From assembly GCA_038087875.1 (NCBI GenBank), contig CM075991.1, positions 8,124,001 to 8,188,000 on the forward strand: a stretch of 64,000 nucleotides of DNA. Reading direction: 5' to 3'. Positions 50,727 to 62,975 of the stretch are shown here, piece by piece. Below the pieces are notes generated by a model. That model did no database searches. It saw only the letters and a list, made by a program, of their open reading frames with translations, and was not told the origin of the DNA. Within the stretch, counting starts at the first letter, position 1. Each line of letters opens with the position of its first letter. Source of the stretch: Malacoraja senta (lineage: Eukaryota). Made by a program: the position numbers and the translations under genes.

Positions 50727-51456
50727 CTGCGGATGAGAAGGAGCGTGGTTGTTTGTACATTCCTTACTCCACGTTAAATCCAGTAAAGAACTAGACCAAG
50801 GGGGACCCGTTGGGTCCCGTCCCCACAACGCAGGGTTGCGGGGGGCCTATGGCTTCACACACACACTAACCCCCCCCCCACACACACACTAACCCCCCCC
50901 CCCCACACACACACAGGGGGGGGAGGGGAGTAGAGGGGGGGAGGGCAGTAGAGGGGGCGGGGTGAGAGGGGTGGGGGAGGGGATGTGAGATGGGTTGGGG
51001 GAGGGGGAGAGAGAGGAGAGGGGGGAAGGGGGAGAGAGGGATAGGGGAAGGGAGGGGGGTGGAGGAGGGTAAAGAATGGTGGGGCCAGCGCTCGACTAAG
51101 CAGGAGAGGTGGGCGGTCATGTCACAACAGAATATAGTAGGCATAATTAAATACAGAACAGGACACATGATCTGTTCTGTATTTATGTCTACTATATTCT
51201 GTTGTGCTGAAGCAAAGCGTGAATGTCATTGTCCTATCTGGGACACATGATAATAAACTTGCTTGAATCTTGTATAATCCCTGCCATATACAAGCAGTTG
51301 ACTTCCCCGCATGCCAACATTCAACTTCTCATTGTTAGACACAAAATGCTGGAGTAACTCAGCGGGACAGGCAGCGTCTCTGGAGAGAAGGAATGGGTGA
51401 CGTTTCGGGTCTCGGTTCACCGAGTCCTCGATGACCAGCTATACCCCGCACATTAA

Positions 51457-51635
51457 AGGGTCTGTCCCACTTGGGCGTCATAATTTACGCGTCACGACGC
51501 ACGACGCGCGCATGGTGCGTGGTGACGTAGGCAGTGACGCACGGTCGCGCGCGGCGCCCCAGGATTTTGGTGTGTAGAAAATCTTCGCGCGCCATCTGCG
51601 TGACGCGCAAATGACGCCCAAGTGGGACAGACCCT
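51457..51635. mobile_element. CpG-rich PIF/Harbinger-like MITE (third family) inserted in a V-SINE
   Basis: taa|AGGGTCTGTCCCACTTGGGCGTCA ... TGACGCCCAAGTGGGACAGACCCT|taa; interrupts the SINE motif cacattaacactatcc. Confidence 0.85.
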
Positions 51636-51712
51636 TAACACTATCCTACACACACTAGGGATAATTTTACATTTGCACCAAGCCAATTAACCTATATACC
51701 TGTACGTCAAAT

Positions 51713-52555
51713 GTTTGGCAGATGCAGTATAATGTGGATAAATGTGAGGTTATCCACTTTGGTGGCAAAAACAGGAAAGCAGACTATTGGTGGCCGATTA
51801 GGAAATGGGGAGATGCAGCGAGACCTGGGTGTCATGGTACACCAGTCATTGAAAGTAGGCATGCAGGTGCAGCAGGGCAGTGAAGAAGGCGAATGGTATG
51901 TTGGCCTTCATAGCAAAAGGATTTGAGTATAGGAGCAGGGAGGTTCTACTGCAGTTGTACAGGGTCTTGGTGAGACCACACCTGGAGTATTGCGTACAGT
52001 TTTGGTCTCCAAATCTGAGGAAGGACATTATAGCCATAGAGGGAGTACAGAGAAGGTTCACCATACTGATTCCTGGGATGTCAGGACTTTCATATGAAGA
52101 AAGACTGGATAGACTTGGCTTATACTCGCTAGAATTTAGGAGATTGAGAGGGGAGATTGTACGTTTCTTATAGAAACGTACAAAATTCTTATGGGGTTGG
52201 ACAGGCTAGATGCAGGAAGATTGTTCCCGATGTTGGGGAAGTCCAGGACAAGGGGTCACAGCTTAAGGATAAGGGGGAAATCCTTTAAGACCGAGATGAG
52301 GAAAAACGTTTTCACACAGAGTGTGGTGAATCTCTGGAACTCTCTGCCACAGAGGGTAGTTGAGGCCAGTTCATTGGCTATATTTAAGAGGGAGTTAGAT
52401 GTGGCCCTTGTGGCTAAAGGGATCAGGGGGTATGGAGAGAAGGCAGGTACAGGATACTGAGTTGGATGATCAGCCATGATCATATTGAATGGCGGTGCAG
52501 GCTCGAAGGGCCGAATGGCCTACTCCTGCACCTATTTTCTATGTATCTATGTATC
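51713..52555 (+). mobile_element. CR1 LINE 3' portion
   Basis: Near-identical to 44790-45543, with small indels. Confidence 0.9.
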
Positions 52556-53004
52556 TACGTCTTTGGAGTGTGGGAGGAACCGAAGATCTCGGCAGGACAC
52601 GGAGGAGAACGTACAAACTCTGCACAGACAGGATCCAACCCAGGTCTCCGGCGCTGCAAGCGCTGTAAGGCAGCAGCTCTACCACTGCGCCAACGTGCCA
52701 CCATGGGTGATCGCTGGTCTGCGCGGACTGGGTCGGCCGGCGGCCCGTTTCCGCGCTGTGTTTCAACAGTCGAAAGCGCTAACAAAAGACAACCGCAAAG
52801 TGCTTCGGGGCGTCGCGCGGGAAAAGGGGGCCGCAGTACTGCAAGCTGCTCGTTCATTTCCGTCACAACTAAATAGACGCAGTAACGTCGGAGAGAAGCG
52901 GGAGATCCACTCATCCAGCGAAGCCCAGGGGTCAGCGGCTGTGAACGGACGGGTGGGAGGGAGCCCGGAGCAAAGAGGGCCGTGCGGTTTCAACCCCCAC
53001 TCAC

Positions 53005-53095
53005 TTTTCAGCGGTTCCTGCTCGTTCTGCAAGATGTCGATGAGCGAGTTCTCCAGCGAGTGCATGTTGAACGTGTCGTAGGGCTGGGTCCATTC
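53005..53095 (-). CDS. CPEB2/3/4-subfamily protein, exon with the MHSLENSLIDI motif
   Basis: ttcAG|GAA TGG ... CTG AAA A|GTgagt, 91 nt. EWTQPYDTFNMHSLENSLIDILQNEQEPLK resembles CPEB2/3 DRSRxYDxxNxHSLENSLxDxxRxxHxPLK. Confidence 0.9.
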
Positions 53096-54529
53096 CTGAA
53101 ATGATTAAACATAGCAAGGACGTGAGACCAAGCAGGGCGCAACGTTCTGACTGTCTACTGAAACTTAACAAGTCAGTGCCATCATCAAAAGCTGGGTCTC
53201 AACCCAAACCGTCACCCATTCAATCCTTCTCTCCAGAGATGCTCAGATGCTGAGTTAGATCTAGCTCTTAGGACTAAAGGAATCAGGGGGTATGGGGAAA
53301 ACGCAGGAACGGGGTACTGATTTTAGACGATCAGCCATGATCATTTTGAATGGGGTGCTGCCTCGAAGGGCCAAATGGCCTACTCCTGCATCTATTTTCT
53401 ATGTTTCTGTGCCTGTCCCGTTGAGTTACTCCAGCATTTGTGTCTCTCAAAACTACACTCAGCAGAGACAATATTAATTGAAGACATTCTTTTTCCCCAA
53501 GATGGTGGTGCAGCAGCGTTTGAGTGGCTGCCTTACACCGCCAGAGACCCGGGTTCCATCCTGACCTCGAGTACTGTCTGTATGGAGTTTGCACGTTCTC
53601 CCCGTGACCACATGGGTTCTCCATTTTGCCGGACCGACAGAGGTCACGGCCTCTGGGGGGGTTGGGGGGGCTCCGAGATGCCGACCGGCAAAGTCGGCAT
53701 CGGAAGTCGGCGATGGGAACGGATCCGATGGGTTCCAGAGCCCCGGCCGCATGGGGGGGGGGGCAAATTCAACCCGCCGGTTGGCTGCGGAAGTCCTGGT
53801 GAGTCGGGGTTGGCTGCCTCACCCGGGCTGGGTGCCGCATTTTCGGGGGGAACTTCTGGGGGGGGGGGGTGGAGAGAGGGGGGAGGGGAGGGGGGATTTC
53901 ATGTGAGTTCTCGTAAATTTGTCCGGATTAAAGGAGGTGCAGGACTACGAGATGCCAGAATATCGGTGGTGGATCTGGATACTTTATCTCAGATCTCCAC
54001 CATCTGCGGGTATTTTAATTTCCATTGAATAAAGCTCCTCGTGCTATTTTGAACAGCTGTGATATTTCTCCCTCTGAACTAAACACATCACCTGGTTGTT
54101 TTCACATATACTGCCTGTGGGATCTTGCTATCCATAAACCAGACGCCCACTACCCACAGCACTGCCTGCGCTTCAGGAGTGGCCCCACTGCCCGACATCC
54201 CTCCACCCCACCGTTTAGTTTAAAGACACAGTGCAGAAACAGCCCCTTCGGCCCATTGAGTCCCTGCTGACCAGTGATCCCCGTACAATTTTTACCGAAG
54301 CCAATTAACCTACAAGCCTTTGGTGTGTGGGAGGAAACAGGAACACCCAGCATAAACCCAGTACAAACACCGTACAGACAGCATCTGTAGTCAGAATGGA
54401 ACCCGGGTCTCTGGCGCTGTGAGGCAGCAACTCTACCGCTGTGCCACCGTAACGCTGTTTCTATTCTATATCCCTGTGACTGCGTACAACTCCCAATCAC
54501 CTAGATTTTGTGCTCTGCGATGTTCAGCG

Positions 54530-54940
54530 CCTCTCCCTTCCTCTCTCTCTCTCTCTCCCCCTCCCTCCCCTCTCTCTCCCCCCTCCCTTTCCTTCTCTCC
54601 CTTTCCCTCCCTCTCTCTCTCTCTCTCTCTCTTTCCTCTCCATTTCCCTCTCTTTCTATCCCCCTTTTCTCTTTTTCCCTCTCCCTTACCCTCTCTCTTC
54701 CCCCCTTTTCTCTCTCTCTTTCCCTCTCCCCTTTCCCTCTCTCTCTCTTTCCCCCCCTTTCTCTCTCTCCCTTTCCCCCTTCGCTCTCTCTCATTTTCCC
54801 TCTCTCTTTCCCCCCTTTCTCTCTCTCTTTCCCTCTCCCCTTCCCCCCTCTCTCTCTCCCTTTCCCTTTCGCTCTCTCTCTTTTTCCCTCTCTCTTTCCC
54901 CCCTTTTCTCTCTCTCTTTCCCTCTCCCATTTCCCTCGCT
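54530..54940. repeat. CT-rich pyrimidine repeat
   Basis: Visible directly. Confidence 0.95.
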
Positions 54941-57900
54941 CCCTCACATATCTATACTCCCAAGCCTTTCCTGACGTCCTCTGAGTGAGGGCTACATGTA
55001 TATATGTATGTAGTTTGTTTTGTTTATGCTATTCTTATAACAAATGTAAGCACTTTGGCCAACGAGAGTTGTTTTTTAAATGTGCTATATAAATAAATGC
55101 GACTTGACTTGACTTACCCCCCCCCTCTCTCTTTTCATCCCCTCTCTCCCTTTCCCTCTCTCTCACAACACAGCTCCTACCATCTGCCTGAAGGCCTGAA
55201 GGCCTGAAGCAAACCTCCTGTGAACCACCGGACCAAACACAGTCAGCAAATCAACGCACACTGCCTTTCCCTTTAGCAATCCAAACCAGCCCTCCGGCCG
55301 GCCGTTACAACTGGAGAAAGCCCTCAGCACGATTTGCCTCTTTACCTGATCAAACATTGCACTCAGAACCATGCCTCCCTCCCCCCCAAATTTCAGGAGG
55401 ATGCCACATTTGCAAGTGGCCGGTGCCAGACCTGCTTCTCCAGCTGAGTGCTGACAAGGGCTGATCTCACACCAGGAATGCATCTGCAGCTGCCAGGGCT
55501 GCACGGTCCTGACCGTTGTCTCTGCAGTTCCAGCACAGGAAGCTCAATGTTTCAGTGCAGCCGCTGCCAGGACCTCTGGAATTTGGAAAGCCTGGTTACT
55601 AACCATTACCGACCCTTAACCAGTCTGGTCTCTTTGGAGACCCTCGGACTATCTTTGATTCTCGATTAGTACAGGTGCCAGTGGGGAGAAGGCAGGAGAA
55701 GGGGGTTGGAGGGAGAGATAGATCAGCCATGATTGAACGGCAGAGTAGACTTGATGGGCCGAATTCGGCCCATCAAGTCAACTCCGACCTCTCCCTCCTA
55801 ACCCCATTCTCCTGCCTTCTCCCCCTAACCTCTTGACACCTGGGGAGGTCACGGGGGGGGAACGCACAAACTCCATACACACAGCACCCGTAGTCAGGAT
55901 CGACCTGGGTCCCTGGCGCTGTAAGGCTGCAACTCTACCGCCGTGCCACCCTTCCGTGACTTCCGTGTAAATTGCCCCGATCGTCTGGGGAGTGGATGCG
56001 ATAACGGTTACAACATAGAACCAAAGATGGCGGGATGATCAGCCATGATCACATTGCATGGCGGTGCTGGCTCGAAGGGCCGAATGGCCCACTCCTGCAC
56101 CTATTGTCTATTGTCTATTGTCTCTTGCCCAGAGTAGGGGAAAGATCAGAGGGCAGAGAATGTGATCGCTCTGAAGAGGTTCCAGAAGAGATTTACAAGA
56201 ATGATTCCAGGAATGAGCAGGTTAGCATATGATGAGCGTTTGACAACACTGGGCCTCTACTCGCTGGAGTTTAGAAGGTTGAGGGGGGACCTCATTGAAA
56301 CTTACAGAATAATGAGAGGCATAGACAGAATGGACGTGGAAAAGGATGTTTACACTGTTGGGAGAGTCTAGGACCAGAATTAAAGGACACTCTTTTAGAA
56401 AGGAGGGTGAGGAGGAACTTCTGTGGAACTCATTGCCACAGAGGGCTGTGGAGGCCAAGTCAGTGGATATTTTTAAGGCAGAGATAGACAAATTTTTGAT
56501 TAGAACGGGTGTCAAGGGTTATGGGGAGAAAGCAGGAAAATGGGATTAGGAGACATTGATCAGCCATGATTGAATGGCGAGTCGACTCGATGGGCCGATT
56601 GGCCTAATTCTACTCCTATAATGTGAACTTGTGGCATGGGTTTAAGGTGAGGAAGAAACTGAGGGGTAACTTTTTTGCAGTAACTCTGTTGTCTATTGTC
56701 TATTGAGTCAGGGGAGAAGGCAGGAACGGGGGTACTGATTGGGATGATCACCCACGATCACATTGAATGGCGGTGCTGGCTCGAAGGGCCTACTCCTGCA
56801 CCTATTGTCTATTGAAGGGATGATCAACGGTCGGCGTGGGGCCCGGCAAGCCCTTGTTTCCACGCTGGATCTTTAAACATTTTAATTCCAAGCTGTGATA
56901 GAGCAGCGGGCCCAGTGTTGTGACCCGACACCTGCGGTGTTGCCAAGGCGTTCCTCTCACGTGACTGACGAGGCACCTGTGCTTCCTACTCCCCAAGTGT
57001 TGTGTGATTCGAGCAGTGGAAAATTTCATATGACCTTCAGATTTCCATCAAGATATAGCAGACAATAAATAAGCTCCTAGGTCGGAGGGGGGGGTGGGAA
57101 GGCGATGGAGACAGCTCAATGTCTCCGCCTCTTCCTATCTCTTCCCCCACCCCCACCCGCACATCAGTCTGAAGAAGGGTCTCGACCCAAAATGTGCGCC
57201 TATTCCTTCGCTCCATAGATGCTGCCTCACCCGCTGTGTTTCTCCAGCATTTTTTCTACCTTCGATTTTTCCAGCCTCTGCAGTTCCTTCTGAAACATTT
57301 ATGTTTCAGAAGGAACTGCAGAGGCTGGAAAAATCGCTCCTGTACGCTCCACCCATATCCCCCCACCCCCCCCTCCCTCCCACTTCACTACTAATCTTTC
57401 TCTTATCTGACACCCTTTTGACCATTTCACCTCCAGCCTTTGTCGCTCTGTCCACCCATCTGCTGAGAACCCCCTTCACCTGTACCTAGCTATCACTTGC
57501 CAGCCTTTGTCCCACCCCACCTCTCCTTTCCAGCTTTCTCCCCCCCCCCCCAAATAAGTTCATAGGGAGGGAGGGTCGGAAGTTCGGTCGGGAAGGGAGC
57601 GTGTACGCTGGTGAGGTTTGGCTGCTGCAGCTCTCTCTTCACATTGTGTTTCTGAATTTTGTTGTTGTCTTTTTTGGATCGAATTTCTGTACTTTAATTT
57701 ATGTACTGGTGATGTCTTTATAACTTATTTTACTCTATATGTTTCTTTGTTAAATTTTGTACGGTGTCCTTGAGGACTTGTGTATAGGCGCCCACAAATA
57801 AAATCTATTATTATTATTATTATTATAAGTGACAGGAGCAGAATTAGGCATTCGGCCCATCAAGTCACTCCGCATTCAATCACGGCTGATCTATCTCCCC

Positions 57901-58829
57901 ACCTAACCCCATTCTCCTGCCTTCGCCCCAAAACCCCTGACACCCGCACTAATCAAGAATCTATCAATCTCCGCCTTAAAAATATCCATTGACCTGGCCT
58001 CCACAGCCCTCCCTCCACGTCTGAAGACGGCCCCCGACACAAAACGTTCCTGTCCCAGAGCTTTTTCTGTGACTGTACACACCATTAACGGAACCTCGAA
58101 ACAGTTAAGTGTGATTATTTTGTGTTTATTCATCGTGTAAACTGGCATCTTATGCAAAAACCCGTATTTGGGATCGGGCAGTGCAGGTACATAGTTTGGT
58201 GAAAGTGCCAACACGTATAGGTAGATTAATTGTTTTTTCTTTAGTTATAGAGACAGCGCAGAAACAGGCCTTTCGGCCCAGCGAGTCTGCACCGACTAGC
58301 GATCCCCGCACACTACAGATCTCTCACAGAGAGTGGTGAGTCTGTGGAATCTCTGCCTCAGAGGGCGGTGGAGGCCGGTTCTCTGGATACTTTCAAGAGA
58401 GAGCTAGATAGGGCTCTCAAAGATAGCGGAGTCAGGGGATATGGGGAGAAGGCAGGAACGGGGTACTGATTGGGGATGATCAGCCATGATCACATTGAAT
58501 GGCGGTGCTGGCTTGAAGGGCCAAATGGCCTACTCCTGCACCTATTGTCTATTGCCTATTAACACTATCCTACACACACTAGGGACAATTTTACACTTAT
58601 ACCAAGCCATTAACCTACAAACCTGTACAACATTTGGAGTGTAGGAGGAAACCGAAGATCTCTGAGAAACCCGCGCAGGTCACGGGAGAACGTACAAACT
58701 CCATACGGACAGCACCCGTAGTCGGGATCGAACCCGGGGTCTCTGGCCCTGCAAAGCAGCAACACTACGCTAGATAGGTTGGTCAGAACTGATTTTGGCA
58801 CAGTGACCTTCAACAGTCAGTGCATTGTG

Positions 58830-59375
58830 CATAGATGTCGGGAGGTCATGTTGCAGTTATATATGACGTTGGTGAGGCTGCATTTAGAGTATTGTGTTCA
58901 GTTTTGGACACTTTGTTATAGGAAAGATCTTGCCAAGCTGGAAAGGGTGCAGCGAAGATTAACGAGGATATTGCCAGGACTCGAGGGCCTGAGCTACAGG
59001 GGGAGGTTGAGCAGGCTGGGTCTTTATTCCTTGGAGCGCTGGAGAATGGTGGGTGATCTTTACAAAATCTTGGCACAAATAGATCACAAAGACCCTCTTG
59101 CCCAGAGAACCAGAGGACATAGGTTTAAGGTGTTGGGGAAAGATTTTACAGGACCCGAGGGGTAGCTTTTCCACACAGTGTGGTGGGTGCATGGAACGAG
59201 CTGCCGGAGGAGGTACAATCGCAATGTTTAAGAAACATTTAGACAGGTACATGGATAGACAGTTTAGCGGGATACGAGCCAAACGCAGCAGGTGGGACTA
59301 GCGTAGATGGATATGTCGGTCGGTGTGGGGACGTTGGGCCGAAGGGCCTGTTTCCACGCTGTACGACTCTATGAC
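58830..59375 (+). mobile_element. CR1 LINE 3' end (degenerate)
   Basis: LYMTLVRLHLEYCVQFW...LERVQRR. Confidence 0.8.
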
Positions 59376-62300
59376 TGTCCATTCTCCTCCACAGATGCTG
59401 TCTGACCTGTTGCGTTCTTCCACCATTTTATTGCCAACATGACGGCTATCTTGTCTGCCACGGCTCAACCCGTTTCCACCAATACCCAGACTCGATTCAA
59501 TGGCCCAACCAAAAAGCGGGTCGGCACGGTGGCACAGCGACAGAGTTGCTGCCTCACCGCACCAGAGACCCGGGGTTCGATCCTGACTACGGGTGCTGTC
59601 TGAACGGAGTTTGCACGTTCTCCCCGCGACCTGCGAGGGTTTTCTCCGTGATCTTCGGTTTTCTCCAGGTGTTCCGGTTTAGAAACAAAGAAACATAGAA
59701 AATAGGTGCAGGAGGAGGCCATTCGGCCCTTCGAGCCTGCACCGCCATTCATTCTAATCATGGCTGATCGTCCCCAATCAATAACCCGTGCCTGCCTTCT
59801 CCCCATATCCCTTGATTCCACTAGCCCCTAGACCCGGGTTCGATCCTGACTACGGGTGCTGGCCGTGCGGAGTTTGCGCGCTCTACCCGTGACCGCGTGG
59901 GTTCCCCCGGGGTGCTCCAGTTCCCTCCCCACTCCAAAGACGTGCAGGGTTGTTGGGTAATTGGTATCGGTAAGTTTGCAAATTGGCCCGAGGGTGTGTT
60001 GACCGTGTACGGGATCGCTGGTCAACGCAGGCTCGTGGGCCGAAGGGCCTCTTTCCGCGCTGTGTCTCCAAAAACTAAAACCCACTTTGGGAAGCTGCTG
60101 GTAACTCCAGGCTCGAACCCCACAAGACTTATGAGCGGCAGGGAGGCTGTTGCCTCACAGCGCCAGAGACCCAGGTTCGATCCTGACTACGGGTGCTGTC
60201 TGTACGGAGTTTGTACGTTTCTCCCGTGACCGTGTGGGTTTTCTCCGGGTGCCTCCGGCTTCCTCCCACACACATGCCTGCAGGTTAATTGGTTAAGAAG
60301 GAACTGCAGATGCTGGAAAATCGAAGGTAGACAAAAAGTGCTGGGAGAAACTCAGCGGGTGCAGCAGCATCTATGGAGCGAAGGAAATAGGCAATGTTTC
60401 GGGCCGAAACCCTTCTTCAGACTGGAGGAAATAGGCAAAGTTTCGGGCCGAAACCCTTCCGGGTTTCTGGCCGAACGTTGCCTATTTCCCTTCGCTCCAT
60501 AGATGCTGCTGCACCCGCTGAGTTTCCACAGCATTTTTGTCTACCTGCAGGTTAATAGGCTTTGGTAAAAATGTAAATTGTCCCTAGTGTGTAGGAGAGT
60601 GTTAGTGTACGTGGTGATCGCTGGTCGGCGCGGACTGGTTGGGCCAAAGGGCCTGTTTCCATGCAGTGTCTCCAAAAAAAACAAAGCACCTTTAGGTCAC
60701 TGAGTGAGACACAGTTTATTAATAAAAAACCCTGTCAGATTATATGCGTGCATAGCCGATTATTGACCCTCTGGCCCATACTCACGTAGAGACAATGAGC
60801 ATTTCCATTTCCTCGAGTAAATGCCAAAAATGGATCTTATTGCGAAACTTGTCGTTTTATAAAGGAAGGTTTGCTGCTTTCAAAAGAGCTGGAAGACATT
60901 TTAAGCCGGTAGATTCAGGCTGGGTCATAGGCCCTATTGTAATTAGTTAAATCCCAGGCTCTCGAGCTGCAAATCAGAGGATTTTTGACTGCCTCCCTCT
61001 TTCTCCCCCTTATTTTTTCCGATCCCTTCTCGAACCCCTTGCAATGACTCTGTAATAATCACTTTGATCTCCTTCCTCCACGATTCCTCGCCTCCTCCAG
61101 GGTGACTTGTGGGGAAGTGGAAAGCCAGAGATTTGTCCGTCGACAAACTCCCCCCCCCCCCCCCCCCCACAGAAGGATTAACACCTCGCTCCGTGATGCA
61201 CAGTTGGAATCCTCCGAGCAGTAACGTGATTTTAATCCTTTTTTCACATTTGGAAGGGCAAATTACAGGCCTTCCTCGTCAGGCGAGGCCTCGAATGTGA
61301 AATGTAGAGATCACGTTTATTTATTTTTATCGTGCCTGGAATGCGCTACCAACAGTGGTGGTTTAGAGACACAGTGTAGAAGCAGGCCCTTCGGCCCACC
61401 GAGTCCGCGCCGACCAGCGATCGCCCCGTACACCAGTTCTATCCGACACACTGGGGGCAATTTGCAGAAGCCAATGAACCCCGCAACTCTTTTGGAGCGC
61501 GGGAGGAAACCGGAGCGCCCGGAGCAAACCCACGCGGTCACGGGAGAAACGTACACAAACTCCGTACAGACAGGACCCGCAGTCAGGATCGAACCTGGGT
61601 CACCGGCGCTGCAAGGCAGCAACTCCGCCCCCGTGGCTGGAGGCCGTTACGATCGTGGTATTTAAGAGATTATTGAACAGTCACATGGATATACCAAGGA
61701 TGGATGGATAAGGTGATGTGCAGGCAGATAAGACTTAGTCCCTGACATCGTGGTCGGCACCGACATGCGTTCAACTGGCACAGACGGTATAAGAAACAAA
61801 GCATTGTCAAGCACGGATTCATCAGCAGCTGAGGGGAACGATGTGTCAGCATACTGATGGAAAAGACCCTCATCGTAACTGCGTGAGATTAGCTGAAGTA
61901 CCCTGTCCAAAAATCAGTAACCAACCCTCTCTCCATCACAGCCTTCTACACAAGGTAATAGCTAGAATGTAGAAACAAGAACTGCAGATGCTGGTTACAC
62001 AAAAAATGACACAAAATGCTGGAGTAACTCAGCGGGTCGGGCAGCATCCCAGGGGAACATGGATAGTTGACGTTTTGGGTCAGGATCCTTCTCAGACTGA
62101 TTGTAGGGGGATGGGGTGGGGGGGGGGGGGGAGGATAGGGAGGTATGAGAGAGTTGTGAGTCTGTGGAATTCTCTGCCTCAGAGGGCGGTGGAGGCCGGT
62201 TCTCTGGATGCTTTCAGAGAGAGCTAGATAGGGCTCTTAAAGATAGCGGAGTCAGGGATATTGGGAGAAGGCAGGAACGGGGTACTGATTGGGGATGATC

Positions 62301-62454
62301 AGCCATGATCACATTGAATGGCGGTGCTGGCTCGAAGGGCCGAATGGCCTACTCCTGCACCTGTTGTCTATCGTCTATTGTATTGTTCAAGCTTACCTAA
62401 AATTGGAGAATAGCTAAGGTTGGCCACCAGGCCCCACAATACCTGCCTCACCAT

Positions 62455-62975
62455 TCACTGGTCAGGCCGCATTTGGAGTACTGAGAGCAAATTTGGGCCC
62501 CATATCTGAGGAAGGATGTGCTGGCTCTGGAGAGGGTCCAGAGGAAGTTTACAAGAAAGATTCCAGGAATGAGTGTGTTCGCATATGATGAGCGTTTGAC
62601 AGCACTGGGCCTGTACTCGCTGGAGTTTAGAAGGTTGAGGGGGACCTCATTGAAACTTACAGAACAATGAGAGGCATAGTTAGAGTGGATGTGGAAAGGA
62701 TGTTTCCACTGGTGGGAGAGTCTAGGACCAGAGGTCATAGCTTCGGAATTAAATGGCGCTCTTTTGGAAAGGAGGTGAGGAGGAACTTCTTTAGTCAGAG
62801 GGTAGTTAATCTGTGGAACTCGTTGCCTCAGAGGGCTGTGGAGGCCAAGTCAGTGGATATTTGTAAGGCAGAGATAGAACGTTCTTGATTAGAACGGGTT
62901 GTCAAGGGTTATGGGGAGAAGGCAGGGAAACGGAATTAGGAGGCAGAGATCAGCCTTAATTGAATGGTTGGAGTG
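62455..62975 (+). mobile_element. CR1 LINE 3' end
   Basis: LVRPHLEY, RGDLIETY, FFSQRVVNLWNSLPQ. Confidence 0.8.

Noticed and set aside
35310..53095. Assigning the symbol CPEB2, CPEB3 or CPEB4
   Set aside because: Diagnostic residues are mixed and the neighbouring gene fits none of them; a phylogeny is needed.
60786..60930. Strong minus-strand donor (TAC|GTGAGT) with a faint AFTRGNGN resemblance to CPEB3 AFRTDNGN
   Set aside because: The matching frame has a stop 17 codons upstream and no ISPLKK or KSWxED motif; it could still be a non-coding exon, but there is no support.
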